In this document: piece by piece, positions 9,425-19,199 of the stretch
Position numbering within the stretch: the stretch's first letter is position 1
Layout of the letters: each line of letters opens with the position of its first letter
NCBI GenBank assembly: GCA_027365345.1
Contig: DAHXNO010000186.1
Coordinates: 17,559 to 81,558 of the forward strand
Reading direction: 5' to 3'
From: Granulicella sp.
GTDB taxonomy: Bacteria; Acidobacteriota; Terriglobia; Terriglobales; Acidobacteriaceae
DNA length: 64,000 bases
The notes under the pieces: generated by a model
What the model was told of the DNA's origin: nothing
The model's input: only the letters and a program-made list of their open reading frames with translations
Database searches by the model: none
Program-made: the position numbers and the translations under genes

Positions 9425-9944
9425 AGATTCTATCTGCGATATCGTCTACTTCAGTGACTTGGCTGGACCTCGTTCGGGCCGTGAAGCGACGTCAGGAAGC
9501 AGAAGAGTCTGTTTGAGAATCTCTGGCTTCTCGTCTTTAGCCGCTTTCTCCCTTGCGCCACTGGGAGGCCTGCTGAACTCAGACATAGCAACCCAACCAA
9601 CATGTCACGTCTCGCTCGACTCAAGAAGAGATGCGCTGAAAGCGTGAGAGTAAGGATGGTGGTAGAGGGGTGATTCGGAACGTAGATCGCAGAGTGATGG
9701 TACAGACGCTACGAAATCGCCGAAGTCGGTCTATTCCATGCGAGTCATCGATTCTCGCATGGAGCTGCGCGGGATTGGGCTGCTGACTATTTCGTTGCCG
9801 ATTCAGCGAGATTACCCCTGCTACGCTGCCGTGACAGGACCGCGCCACAGCGTACCCGAAATCTGAAAATCCAGTGCCGCAGTTCGCGGCCGGCGCCAGC
9901 GGCCAGGGTTCCAGCTTGGAATCCTGGCGCTGCTGTTGCTGTCA

Positions 9945-10700
9945 TCAGGCGGGCAGGATGCAGGCCTCATGAGGCGACAAGGCGGTTGCCACGAAGATCT
10001 CCGGCGTGAGGTGCCTGGGCTGATAGGAGACGCCAAGCCGGGTTTTCCAACGATAGAATGCCCGCAGATGGTTCCGTGATCCCCGCTCCAACTCGCCATA
10101 GACGTTGCGGATGGTCTCGCGATTGGTACGCTCGGCTGCCTTCCGCAGGTCGTCGATGTCCAGCTCTTCGATGAGCAGGCCCACCCGAACTGCCTCTTCA
10201 GGACTGCGCAGGCCCTGTTCCATGAGGGTATCGTGCAGGCGCTGAAGTTCGGGGTTGCGAAACTGCCCCACGCCCAGTCCCCGGGCCGGATCGGGCAGAC
10301 CGAAGTGTTCCAGGAGCGCCAGCACGGCATCCATGTGAGCCTGCTCCGAACCGCTGATATTGCCAAAAGGCCGGATCCCCCAACGCTCGTAGAGCTGGAT
10401 GTAAACATCCCGGGCGATCTTTTCTTCCTCACGCATGAGCAACAAGCCCTCCTGTTCCTCCGTAGTGAGGGGCGTGCGCGGACTCGCAGCAATTTGGGCG
10501 CGCATGTCGGCCACGTGTTGCTGCCGGTGAGCGCTGCGGCCGGGCATCTTTGCAGAGATATAGCCCTGAGCAGCGCCTTCCCTATCCATACCCTGACCCA
10601 AGCTACCGCCAAACCCGCAGCAGCCATCGCCGTTCCGTCCCCGCCCTCTACCCATTCCTCGCCCCTGGCGAGAGTTTCCCTCTATTTTCGTGTTCATCAT
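9945..10700 (-). CDS. DUF2202 ferritin-like protein with a Gly/Arg/Cys-rich N-terminus
   Basis: MREEEKIARDVY, SEQAHMD, IEELDI and ERGSRNHLRAF motifs; CAGGAG RBS. Confidence 0.8.
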   Translation of the reverse strand: MMNTKIEGNSRQGRGMGRGRGRNGDGCCGFGGSLGQGMDREGAAQGYISAKMPGRSAHRQQHVADMRAQIAASPRTPLTTEEQEGLLLMREEEKIARDVYIQLYERWGIRPFGNISGSEQAHMDAVLALLEHFGLPDPARGLGVGQFRNPELQRLHDTLMEQGLRSPEEAVRVGLLIEELDIDDLRKAAERTNRETIRNVYGELERGSRNHLRAFYRWKTRLGVSYQPRHLTPEIFVATALSPHEACILPA

Positions 10701-10724
10701 GTTCTCCTGATTCTTTCCAAGTAA

Positions 10725-11243
10725 CTACATACTGCGGATCTGCTCCAATGCCTGTTCCAGAATTTTCTCCATTTGCGCTGCGGCCTGGGGCCGCGCCTGG
10801 GCCTGGGCAAGACGTTCCTGAACGGCGTCCCGCAAGGATTGCAAATGGATCCGCAGGCTTTCCCATTCGTCTTTTCGTAGTGCTTCCAGCCGTTGGGCGA
10901 TGGCTTCGGCAAGTTTTCGGTTTTCCTCCAGAAAGACTTTTCCTTGCCGGGTGAGGTGATGGAGCCGCTTGTTTCCCTCTGCTGACGCAGCCACGAGTCC
11001 CAATTCCTCCAACATCGACAGCATGGGGTAGATCATCCCTGGGCTAGGGCTGTATACCCCGCCGGACTGCTCCGCGAGCCGCTTGATCAGCTCGTAGCCG
11101 TGGCAAGGTTGACGGTCGAGCTCTTGCAGAACCACGAAACGCAGCATGCCTTGATCGAGGAGCCGCATTCGCCGCCGACCACCCCTTCCCTGGCCGCAAC
11201 CCTGGCTGGATCCCGAGCAACGATCCCACAGATCTCGATTCAA
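10725..11243 (-). CDS. PadR-family regulator, YqjI/NfeR-like
   Basis: HGYELIK, YSPSPGMIYP.L..LEE.GL and GRGGRRR N-terminus as in YqjI. Confidence 0.88.
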   Translation of the reverse strand: MNRDLWDRCSGSSQGCGQGRGGRRRMRLLDQGMLRFVVLQELDRQPCHGYELIKRLAEQSGGVYSPSPGMIYPMLSMLEELGLVAASAEGNKRLHHLTRQGKVFLEENRKLAEAIAQRLEALRKDEWESLRIHLQSLRDAVQERLAQAQARPQAAAQMEKILEQALEQIRSM

Positions 11244-11291
11244 GCCTCTTCTCCCTTCAACAGAAGCATCCTGTCAAGATATTACTAACTT

Positions 11292-11325
11292 AGATATATC
11301 TTATAATAATTCGCTCTGCTGTCAA
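11292..11325 (-). promoter_or_regulatory. sigma70-type promoter (TTGACA-N16-TAAGAT) overlapped by the perfect palindrome AGATATATCT; candidate PadR operator
   Basis: Motifs read directly in an AT-rich patch about 50-80 nt upstream of padR; palindrome at 11292-11301. Confidence 0.65.
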
Positions 11326-11393
11326 GGGCTGTGCGTGACGTCTATGGGGCGGTGCAAAACGGAGCCATGGTTCTGGCTGGTGAGGCTGTTAAA

Positions 11394-12341
11394 TCAAGCG
11401 GAGTAGGGGCCCAGGAAGCGCTCGCCGTTGAAATGGATCAGGTGCGACGGAGCATCGGCAACCCAGACTTCCGTTTCCCATGCGATCTCGGCGAGGTAGC
11501 GGCCCATGGTGGCGCGGTTGGGAAATGCGGTGACATAAACGATCCCCCCCTTGGAATCTCGAAAGAGCTTTGCAAGCTCCGCGTGCCGTTTCCCGTCTAC
11601 CGGACCGTGGCTGGTGACGGACTCAACCAGGATGAGCCAATTACGCTCGGGATAGTGCAACGCCACATCCGGCATTTTGCCGTGTGATTCGACGGTGACG
11701 CCAAGTTTGGCGAGCAGCAGCGCGTCGAAATAGCCCCATTTCTCGCCAGTATCTCCCGCGTAAATAAGAACGGCCCCTGGAGCGAAGCGCGCAGCGAAAT
11801 CCTCTATGATTGCGCGGATAAGCTCGCTATGCTCACCAGGGCTCAATTGGATTGATTTACCGGGAGCGACCTTCACGGGGACCTGGTTCTACTGTCGCGC
11901 CTTTGCGTAGAGTGCGGCGAGAGTCTGCCTCTTTGAGAGATATTTCGTGAGGTTTCCGTGCCAGGCGTCTGTCCCGAAAGACTTGAGGAGCTTGAGCGCG
12001 GAGGCTTCTATCTGGTAGACGGCGGCGGGGCTATTCACTGGCCGCCTTGGGTCGTCGGGATTGTAGACAGCGAGACCAGCATCAACAAATTGATGCATCG
12101 TTTGGCGTCGTATTGTTTCACGTGTATTCGGCGCATATTTCTTGCCGTAGTGCTGGGCAATCCAATCCATGATCGGCGTGATGCCCATCAATGGGCTTGC
12201 GGCTTGGGACCATTTCCTCTGGGGCCGCAGGTCGAGCAAGGCGAGCAGAGACAAGGCAGAGCGCTGGTTTTGCTGCGCCTTCGGGAGGCCCAAAGCCTGA
12301 AGAACCTGTTGGGCGGATTGAACAAATTCGCTCTTGGTCAT
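11394..12341 (-). pseudogene. BsuBI/PstI-family type II restriction endonuclease interrupted by one in-frame TAG at 11889-11891
   Basis: ORFs 11889..12341 and 11394..11876 are in one frame: CGA CAG TAG AAC CAG GTC CCC GTG. Family motifs YAPNTRETIRRQTMHQF, LSPGEHSELI, HGKMPDV and ESVTSHGP are present. Confidence 0.85.
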
Positions 12342-13837
12342 CGGGTGAGCTTCTCGACTTTTTCGTCAATCATAGCTTGCGTCAGAACATGCTGACGATG
12401 CGCCCACTCACCCAACTTCGAGAGCGTGCGCCGATCAGGATATTTCATGAAGCGGAGATCTGCGGCGTTAACCTGCGTATGGCCGTTGAAACGCCGGAAA
12501 TTTTCATCGACGGCCGTCGAGTTGAGAAAGGCCGCCAGACCGTATGCCAGCGCCTCCGGCAAGCCACTCTTTTCCTGGTGAAAGACGTTCAGGTGATTTT
12601 CGAAGCCGAGAAACTGCGCGCCGGGAAACGCATCGGGCCTCACGACGCTTGCAACAATACGTCGAGTTTCCTCCTTTGAGGAGAAGCGGCGTACAACGGT
12701 ATAGAAGCCGTTCGGCAACAGCCATTTTCTCGTCTCATCATTCAGGCGGAGCGCATTGCCTCGCTTCAGGCCTTCCTTTGGCCATTGTGTGGTTTGCCCT
12801 GTGAAGTGGCCTGGATAGAGCAGGGGCACGGTGCCGTTGGTTGGCTGGTCCTCGATATGGTCCCTCAATCGGAAATCTACCACTGGCCCAGTGGAAATCC
12901 CAATTCCAAGGTCGGAGAGGGTAGAGCGGACGCCGTGCGACAGCTCGATGCTGTTACGACCGGGAGAGGTCGGCACATGGATGAAGCACTCTGGATCCGA
13001 AGGAAAAACTATGCGATCAAAAGGGTGCTCGTGCGTAATTAGATCGGCAAAGCTGTCATCTGTTGAATGCGAAACCGTCACAGGTCCCTGAATGCCGCCG
13101 CACTCGACCTGGATGATGATGTTCTCCTGCAGCACGTCGTCATCCTTGAATGCCTTATTACGCGATGCGAATAGGTGCATGTGGCGCAGGGCGGCGCGCT
13201 GTAAGAGAAAATCACGGAAGGGACGGTAATACGGCCCGTTGCAGAAGCTTCGCGGGATGATGGCGACCATTTGCCCACCTGCTTTCATCAGTGACAGCGA
13301 AAGCGCCACGAACGCCGAATAGAGATTCACGGTTTCAATCCCGAGTTGACGCAGAATCAGGCGGTGAGACGAAAGGCTGTTGATCTTCTTGTAGGGCGGA
13401 TTGAGGATTGCGTGGGTGAAGCGGCGCGGAGCCATGCTTCGGAGCGCTGCGGCCTCGATGAAGTCGTCCGATGAAATTCGCCAGCTTACTGGCAGGTGCT
13501 CGGTGTGCCTTCCCAAAGTGGCGGAGAGATGGTCCCGGAGCGCAGGGTCGATCTCGTAGGCTTCAATCTCGACGGTGCGGAATCCGAATCCGTTGCCGCC
13601 GGTCCACCGGTCAAGGAAGGCGCAGGACAGCGCCCCGATGCCGGCTCCAGGGTCCAGCAAGGCGCACGCTTCCAAGGTGCTGGGCGGAAAGAGTGAGGCC
13701 ATGAAGCGGGCAACAGGCGCGGGCGTCATGAATTGCCCTAAAGCGGATTTACGGTTGAGCGCAATCCGGGGCGCGACCGTCCGGCGTAGGCTATCCGCGT
13801 GGTCGAGCAGCCGAATTGGAAGCTCTTCTTGCCTCAT
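12338..13837 (-). CDS. N6-adenine DNA methyltransferase, M.PstI/M.BsuBI-like (Eco57I MTase domain)
   Basis: GQFMTP, LLDPGAGIG (motif I) and ILNPPY (motif IV); ATGA overlap with the nuclease. Start placed at ATG 13837. Confidence 0.9.
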   Translation of the reverse strand: MRQEELPIRLLDHADSLRRTVAPRIALNRKSALGQFMTPAPVARFMASLFPPSTLEACALLDPGAGIGALSCAFLDRWTGGNGFGFRTVEIEAYEIDPALRDHLSATLGRHTEHLPVSWRISSDDFIEAAALRSMAPRRFTHAILNPPYKKINSLSSHRLILRQLGIETVNLYSAFVALSLSLMKAGGQMVAIIPRSFCNGPYYRPFRDFLLQRAALRHMHLFASRNKAFKDDDVLQENIIIQVECGGIQGPVTVSHSTDDSFADLITHEHPFDRIVFPSDPECFIHVPTSPGRNSIELSHGVRSTLSDLGIGISTGPVVDFRLRDHIEDQPTNGTVPLLYPGHFTGQTTQWPKEGLKRGNALRLNDETRKWLLPNGFYTVVRRFSSKEETRRIVASVVRPDAFPGAQFLGFENHLNVFHQEKSGLPEALAYGLAAFLNSTAVDENFRRFNGHTQVNAADLRFMKYPDRRTLSKLGEWAHRQHVLTQAMIDEKVEKLTR

Positions 13838-13952
13838 GCCTATCCCATGGGCTTCGGTACAATTCTTTGCGGATCCCATACAGAAGCGCTCTGTACGTCA
13901 GTTTCGTGACCTTGTGAAGGGATGCTCGGTGGGCGACATGGAAGGGATTCTA

Positions 13953-14028
13953 TGGTGGAGCTGAGCGGGATCGAACCGCTGACCTCCTCGTTGCGAACGA
14001 GGCGCTCTCCCAGCTGAGCTACAGCCCC
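13953..14028 (-). tRNA. tRNA-Ala(CGC)
   Basis: Reverse complement GGGGCTGTAGCTCAGCTGGGAGAGCGCCTCGTTCGCAACGAGGAGGTCAGCGGTTCGATCCCGCTCAGCTCCACCA; G3:U70 pair; CCA end. Confidence 0.97.
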
Positions 14029-14116
14029 ACACCCTTGCAAGCAGACTTAGTTTAGCAGGCGGCTGCCACTCCCTCCAAACGGAGTTGCGCTCCCCAGGGC
14101 CGACACCTCGGGCCCG

Positions 14117-15157
14117 TCAGGAGGGCCGTTGCGGAGGCGTAAGTCCCAGCTCCGCCATCACAATCTTCAGATCCTTCCAGGCCTCGGCCTTCTGGCGTGG
14201 ATCGCGCAGCAGGTAGGCAGGATGGTAGGTGACCATCACCTTGGCTCCCCGCACGCTCTGCCACCGGCCACGCATCGAGGCCAGCGACTGCTTGACTCCC
14301 AAAAGATACGTCGCCGCCGTCTGCCCCAGGGCAACAATCACCTCCGGATGCACTATATCGATCTGTTGAAGCAGAAACTGGGAGCAGGTAGTCGCCTCCA
14401 GAAACTCCGGCGTCCTGTTTCCCGGCGGGCGGCACTTGACGATGTTTGCAATGTACACCTCTTCGCGCATTAGGCCCATCGCTGCAATCATGTTGTTCAG
14501 CAACTGACCGGCCTTGCCCACAAAGGGCACCCCGGAGGCATCTTCATCGGCTCCCGGCCCCTCACCAACAAACATCAGCCGGGCGTTGGGATCGCCATCC
14601 GCAAAGACGATACTGTGCCGGCCCGCATAGGCCAGTGGGCAACGCGTGCACTCGCCTATCGCCTCCCGCACCGCCTGCAGAGCCGCTGGGCGCTCTACAG
14701 CGGGAAGTATACGCGCAGGATAGGGAGCTAGAAGATCCAGAGAGGGCGGCTTCGCCATGAATGATGAACCTTCCATCCTTGAGATAGAGCCCCCAGCCGA
14801 TGCGTCGGCGCCTTCCACAAGCGGTGGCTGGGATGCCGGCGAACGATGAGAGCCTGCCGCGGCCGTGGGCGGGGACGCGAACACAGGGGGCTGAAGGCCG
14901 CGCTGCGCGTTGGGCTGGCCACGGCCCTGAGCGTTGGTTGCCGCTTGCCGCGAGACCGCCGCCGCAACGGATTGCATCCGCATGGCCGGCGCGGCGGCCA
15001 GAAGGTTCGATCGCAACCCCTCCGGAATCAGGGTCACCGGATCCTCGCGATGATAGAGATCATAGATCCCCATATCCCGCAGAAAATCCAGATAGGCGTG
15101 CAACTGTTGGCGGGCAGCGTCGAGACTGGGCTGCGAGATCGGATGGGAACTACTCAT
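14117..15157 (-). CDS. Uracil-DNA glycosylase family 4 with a long low-complexity N-terminal extension
   Basis: C..C.L, VGEGPG.DED..G.PFVG.AG, NIVKCRPP.NR.P and YHPAYLLR motifs; probable start ATG 15157. Confidence 0.9.
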   Translation of the reverse strand: MSSSHPISQPSLDAARQQLHAYLDFLRDMGIYDLYHREDPVTLIPEGLRSNLLAAAPAMRMQSVAAAVSRQAATNAQGRGQPNAQRGLQPPVFASPPTAAAGSHRSPASQPPLVEGADASAGGSISRMEGSSFMAKPPSLDLLAPYPARILPAVERPAALQAVREAIGECTRCPLAYAGRHSIVFADGDPNARLMFVGEGPGADEDASGVPFVGKAGQLLNNMIAAMGLMREEVYIANIVKCRPPGNRTPEFLEATTCSQFLLQQIDIVHPEVIVALGQTAATYLLGVKQSLASMRGRWQSVRGAKVMVTYHPAYLLRDPRQKAEAWKDLKIVMAELGLTPPQRPS

Positions 15158-15359
15158 CGGGAGACGTCGCCGACGGCTGCGGCGCGGACGAGACGGAGTA
15201 GGTGACCTTGCCCACGCGAATCTCATCCTGAGCGACGCGGCAAGCCTTGCTGGAGGTTGAAACTCCCAGGGATGGAGCGCCGCACTGCAACTGACGCGCG
15301 CGCCGCGCGGCGCCCTTGACCAGACTGTACTTGTTTTGGAGCGGTTCCACGAATGCCAT
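15150..15359 (-). CDS. rpoZ: RNA polymerase omega subunit
   Basis: NKYSLVKGAARRARQLQ.GA...KACRVAQDEI..GKV; GGAGG RBS before ATG 15359; follows gmk. Confidence 0.8.
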   Translation of the reverse strand: MAFVEPLQNKYSLVKGAARRARQLQCGAPSLGVSTSSKACRVAQDEIRVGKVTYSVSSAPQPSATSPDE

Positions 15360-15507
15360 TGATGCCCCTCCGAAGAGATGATTCATATTAGCCCTGAATA
15401 GTGCTCCCTGCATCTGCCTATCGTCCCTGCGCTTACAGTTCTGTAGTGGAAATCTGTGCACTTTCTCTTTTGTTCGCCCGGCGCGTGACCGATCCGAACT
15501 CCGCTGT

Positions 15508-16185
15508 TCAGACGCCGGCGGTCGTCAAGCCAAAGCTGGCCAGCGCAGCCTCCAACCTTTGGGCTCTGGCACCGGTAACGCATTGCGCGGCCAAGTCACC
15601 CTCTGCGGGGCTGGCTTCCCCGCGCGCTACCAGGATGATGGCGCGCATCTCCGCAGCAGCCTGGTCCAGAAGATCGTTGACCAGGGCGTAGCGATACTCG
15701 TCGATATTGCGTAGCTCGGTGCGAGCCTCCGAGAGGCGCGCCTGAATGATCGCTTCATTGGCCACACCCTCGGCCTGACTGCGATTGCGCAACCGCCGCT
15801 CCAGAACCTCCGGGCTGGGGGGCAGAATGAAGATCGAGACCGCCTCCGGCATCTTCTCCATCACCTGCAACGCGCCTTGCACATCGATGTCCAGGAGCAG
15901 ATCGGCTCCATGTTCGCGTGCCGTCTCCAACGCGGAGAGAGCGGTTCCGTAGTAATTTCCGAAGACCTCCGCCCACTCCAGAAACTCGTCGGCGGCGATC
16001 ATCCGCTCAAACTGTTCGCGGGTGATGAAGTGGTACTCACGTCCGTCTTCCTCTGAGCCGCGAGGCCTTCGGGTGGTATAGGAGACGGAGAACTCCAAGC
16101 CCGCCACCAGACGGCGAACCTCATTGACCAGCGTCGATTTACCCGATCCGCTGGGAGCGGAGATGATGAAAAGAGTTCCAGCCAT
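15508..16185 (-). CDS. gmk: Guanylate kinase
   Basis: SAPSGSGKS, SYTTRRPR..E.DGREYHF and LLDIDVQGA motifs; start at MAGTLF (16185). Confidence 0.95.
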   Translation of the reverse strand: MAGTLFIISAPSGSGKSTLVNEVRRLVAGLEFSVSYTTRRPRGSEEDGREYHFITREQFERMIAADEFLEWAEVFGNYYGTALSALETAREHGADLLLDIDVQGALQVMEKMPEAVSIFILPPSPEVLERRLRNRSQAEGVANEAIIQARLSEARTELRNIDEYRYALVNDLLDQAAAEMRAIILVARGEASPAEGDLAAQCVTGARAQRLEAALASFGLTTAGV

Positions 16186-16255
16186 AAGCGGTTGTGATGG
16201 GTATAGTGTAAACCTTGCCCCGCATTCCTCTGTGGAACTGAATGCAATTGCAGGC

Positions 16256-18103
16256 TCAGGCTGTTCCCTCACCTACCTCGGCCAGGTCACTCTCTGCCTC
16301 GCCAAACTGGAGCTGATAGAGCCGACTGTAGGTTCCACCCAGCGCGAGAAGTTCCTCATGCGAGCCAAGTTCGGTGATGCGGCCGTCCTCCAAGACGGCG
16401 ATGCGATCCGCGCGCCGAACGGTCGACAGCCGGTGTGCGATTACGAGCACGGTGCGTCCCTGCATCAGATTGGCCAGCGCCGCCTGCACCGCGGCCTCGC
16501 TCTCCGCATCCAGGGACGAGGTCGCTTCATCCAGGATGAGGATGGGAGCATCTTTGAGCAGGGCGCGGGCAATCGCGAGCCGCTGCCGCTCACCGCCCGA
16601 GAGCCGCGTGCCGTCCTCCCCGATGGGGGTGTCATAGCCGTGGGGAAGACGCTCAATAAAACCATGCGCCAGAGCTGCTTTGGCCGCTTCCACGATCCGA
16701 GCCATGGGAACGTCCGGCTGCCCGTAGGCGATGTTGTGGCGCACCGTGTCATTGAAGAGCACCGTTTCCTGCGTCACCTTGCCAATCTGCTTGCGCAGAG
16801 AGGCGAGCGTGAGGTCGCGGATATCGTGATCATCCAGAAAGATGGCTCCGCCGGTGACATCATAGAAGCGCGGCAGCAGATTGACGAGGGTCGATTTCCC
16901 CGCACCGCTGGGACCCACCAGGGCCACGACCTCGCCGCGACGAAGGTTCAGATGAATGTTGTGCAAGACCTCTTTGCGCTCGCCATCGCGCTCGTAGGCG
17001 AAGCAGACGTCGCGGAACTGGATGCGTCCCTTGAACTCGGTGAGGTGGACGGCCTTCTTGCGCTCTACGACTTCGTCCTGCGCGTCGATGAACTTGAAGA
17101 TGTCCTCACTGGCGCCCACGGCCTGCTGAAAGGCGTTGTAATACGTGGGCATCTTGCGCACCGGATCGTAGAGCGCAATGACGGCAATCAGAAAGGTGAT
17201 GAAGTCGCCGGCCGTGCCTCCGTGCAGGATAAACTCCCGGCCATAGAGCAGTAGCAGGGCGATGGCCACCGCGCCCAGCGCATCCATCAGCGGCGAAGAG
17301 ATGGACTGCACCGCGATGCGCCGCATGTTGGCGGAGAGCAGCCGATCGGCCGCGCGGCGGAAGCGATTCATCTCCCAGCGCTCCATCCCAAAGGCCTTGA
17401 CGATCCCGTGGCCGGTGATGGTCTCCTGCACGATGTTCTGAATCTCTGCCAGCTTGTCTTGTCCGCGGCGTGTGGTGGTGCGCACGCTGCTGCCGACGCG
17501 CCGGGTGGAGAGCACGATGATGGGCACGAAGATGATCAGCACCCAGGACATGGATCCGCCGGCGATGACCACCGCACAGATCATGAACAGCAGCGTGAAC
17601 GCCTGCTGCAGGAAGTCGCTCATGATGGGCGCCATGGCGGACTGCACCCGCTCCACATCATTGATGAGCGCGGAGATGAGCGTGCCGGAGGTATGGCGCT
17701 GAAAAAACGCGGTGGAACGGTTGAGCAGGGAGTTGTAAAGATCGTTGCGCAGATCCGTAATCATCCCGAATCCGGCTTTGTTGGCGAGCAGCGTGCCCAG
17801 GTAGTCGCAGATGTTCTTGACGATGGCCGAGACCACCAGAGCCACCGCGACCACCGTCCATGCGTTATGAAAGCGGGCGGGAAGCAGAATCTGCAAGTTG
17901 ACATGAAAGCGGGTATGGGGAACAACGAAGTCCAGCACCTGATTGGGTGAGGAGGCGGCGCTGAGCACGTTATCGATGATGGGCTTGATGAGCAGAACGC
18001 GGAAGGCCATGAGCGCCCCCACCAGAGCCATCAACAGCACCGAGGCGGACCAGTAGAGAGCGTACGGCCGCATGTAGCTCAATAGACGGAGAATGGGCTT
18101 CAT
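16256..18103 (-). CDS. msbA: MsbA-like ABC exporter (TMD-NBD)
   Basis: GPSGAGKS, LSGGERQRLAIARA and LILDEATSSLD motifs; 6-TM N-terminus; adjacent to the lpt/rpoN cluster. Confidence 0.75.
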   Translation of the reverse strand: MKPILRLLSYMRPYALYWSASVLLMALVGALMAFRVLLIKPIIDNVLSAASSPNQVLDFVVPHTRFHVNLQILLPARFHNAWTVVAVALVVSAIVKNICDYLGTLLANKAGFGMITDLRNDLYNSLLNRSTAFFQRHTSGTLISALINDVERVQSAMAPIMSDFLQQAFTLLFMICAVVIAGGSMSWVLIIFVPIIVLSTRRVGSSVRTTTRRGQDKLAEIQNIVQETITGHGIVKAFGMERWEMNRFRRAADRLLSANMRRIAVQSISSPLMDALGAVAIALLLLYGREFILHGGTAGDFITFLIAVIALYDPVRKMPTYYNAFQQAVGASEDIFKFIDAQDEVVERKKAVHLTEFKGRIQFRDVCFAYERDGERKEVLHNIHLNLRRGEVVALVGPSGAGKSTLVNLLPRFYDVTGGAIFLDDHDIRDLTLASLRKQIGKVTQETVLFNDTVRHNIAYGQPDVPMARIVEAAKAALAHGFIERLPHGYDTPIGEDGTRLSGGERQRLAIARALLKDAPILILDEATSSLDAESEAAVQAALANLMQGRTVLVIAHRLSTVRRADRIAVLEDGRITELGSHEELLALGGTYSRLYQLQFGEAESDLAEVGEGTA

Positions 18104-18218
18104 GCATCGCTCCTGAGATCTTGCCTAAGACCTTGCCTACGATCTTGGACGACGCTGCTTGTCTCGGAGACTACATGACGCATGCGCGGAGACAGGTTCA
18201 TTCAGCTTCAGTGTACTT

Positions 18219-19199
18219 CTACCTGGGCATATCCCGATGGGATGCTTTGGCCCGATATCCCGCGGCCGCAAGGCTCTTCTTCAACTCCTCGGCGATCATC
18301 ACCGAGCGATGCTGCCCGCCGGTGCATCCGATGCCAATCGTCAGATAGCTCTTGCCCTCATGAATGTAGTGCGGCAGAAGAAACGTGAGCATCTCCGTCA
18401 CCTTGGCCAGGAACTCCGCGGTCTGCGGAAACTGGCGAACGTAGTTGGCCACCTTGGGATGCTTTCCGGTCAGGTTGCGAAACTCCGGAATGAAATGTGG
18501 ATTGGGAAGAAATCTGACATCGAAGACCAGATCCGCATCACTGGGCACTCCATTCTTGAAGCCGAAGCTGGTTACGGAGATGGTGAGATTGCGGTCGCTC
18601 TTGCCCACCCCGCGGCTGAAGGCCGCGTTGATGTGCGCGCGGAGTTCATGCACGTTGAAGCGCGAGGTATCCAGCAAGATATCCGCCACGTTGCGGACCG
18701 GGTCCAACCGCTTCCGCTCCGCCTGGATGGAAGCGATCACGCGGTCGCCACGTCCTAGCGGGTGGGGCCGGCGAGTCTCCGAGAAGCGCCGCACCAGGAC
18801 ATCCTCCGCGGCCTCCAGAAAGACAACCCGGGTGGGAAGCACCTTGCGCACCTTGGTCAGGATGGCCGGGAAGCGCTCCAGGCGGCTGCCCTCGCGCACA
18901 TCGACCACCAGGGCGGCATGGGTGATCTCCGCGGATTTGGCCACCAGATCCGCAAAGCGCGGAATGAGCTCCAAGGGGAGGTTATCGACCGAATAATAGC
19001 CCAGATCCTCGAATGCCTTGAGGGCTGAAAGCTTCCCCGATCCGGAGAGCCCGGTAAGGATGACCAGTTCGCGCGGCTCTCCGTCCTGCACTCGGGCTGA
19101 GACTTTGGGCGGCGTGCGGATCGCACGCTTTGCCCGCGCCTTGTTTGGCTCCGTTGCTCCCTGGGCAGAGACCTTGGCAGGTACAGAATCGGGGACCAT
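18219..19199 (-). CDS. rapZ: RNase adapter RapZ/YvcJ
   Basis: TGLSGSGK, DLGYYSVDNLP, RRFSETRRPHPL, FDVRFLPNP and GCTGGQHRSV motifs. Confidence 0.95.
   Translation of the reverse strand: MVPDSVPAKVSAQGATEPNKARAKRAIRTPPKVSARVQDGEPRELVILTGLSGSGKLSALKAFEDLGYYSVDNLPLELIPRFADLVAKSAEITHAALVVDVREGSRLERFPAILTKVRKVLPTRVVFLEAAEDVLVRRFSETRRPHPLGRGDRVIASIQAERKRLDPVRNVADILLDTSRFNVHELRAHINAAFSRGVGKSDRNLTISVTSFGFKNGVPSDADLVFDVRFLPNPHFIPEFRNLTGKHPKVANYVRQFPQTAEFLAKVTEMLTFLLPHYIHEGKSYLTIGIGCTGGQHRSVMIAEELKKSLAAAGYRAKASHRDMPR

Noticed and set aside
9736-9762. Perfect 9-bp hairpin as a terminator
   Set aside because: No U-tract on either strand and far from both stop codons; the function cannot be supported.
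8555-13952. Intact prophage, ICE or IS in the tRNA-bounded islet
   Set aside because: No integrase, transposase, terminal inverted repeats or long att duplication were found, so it is not called a mobile_element.
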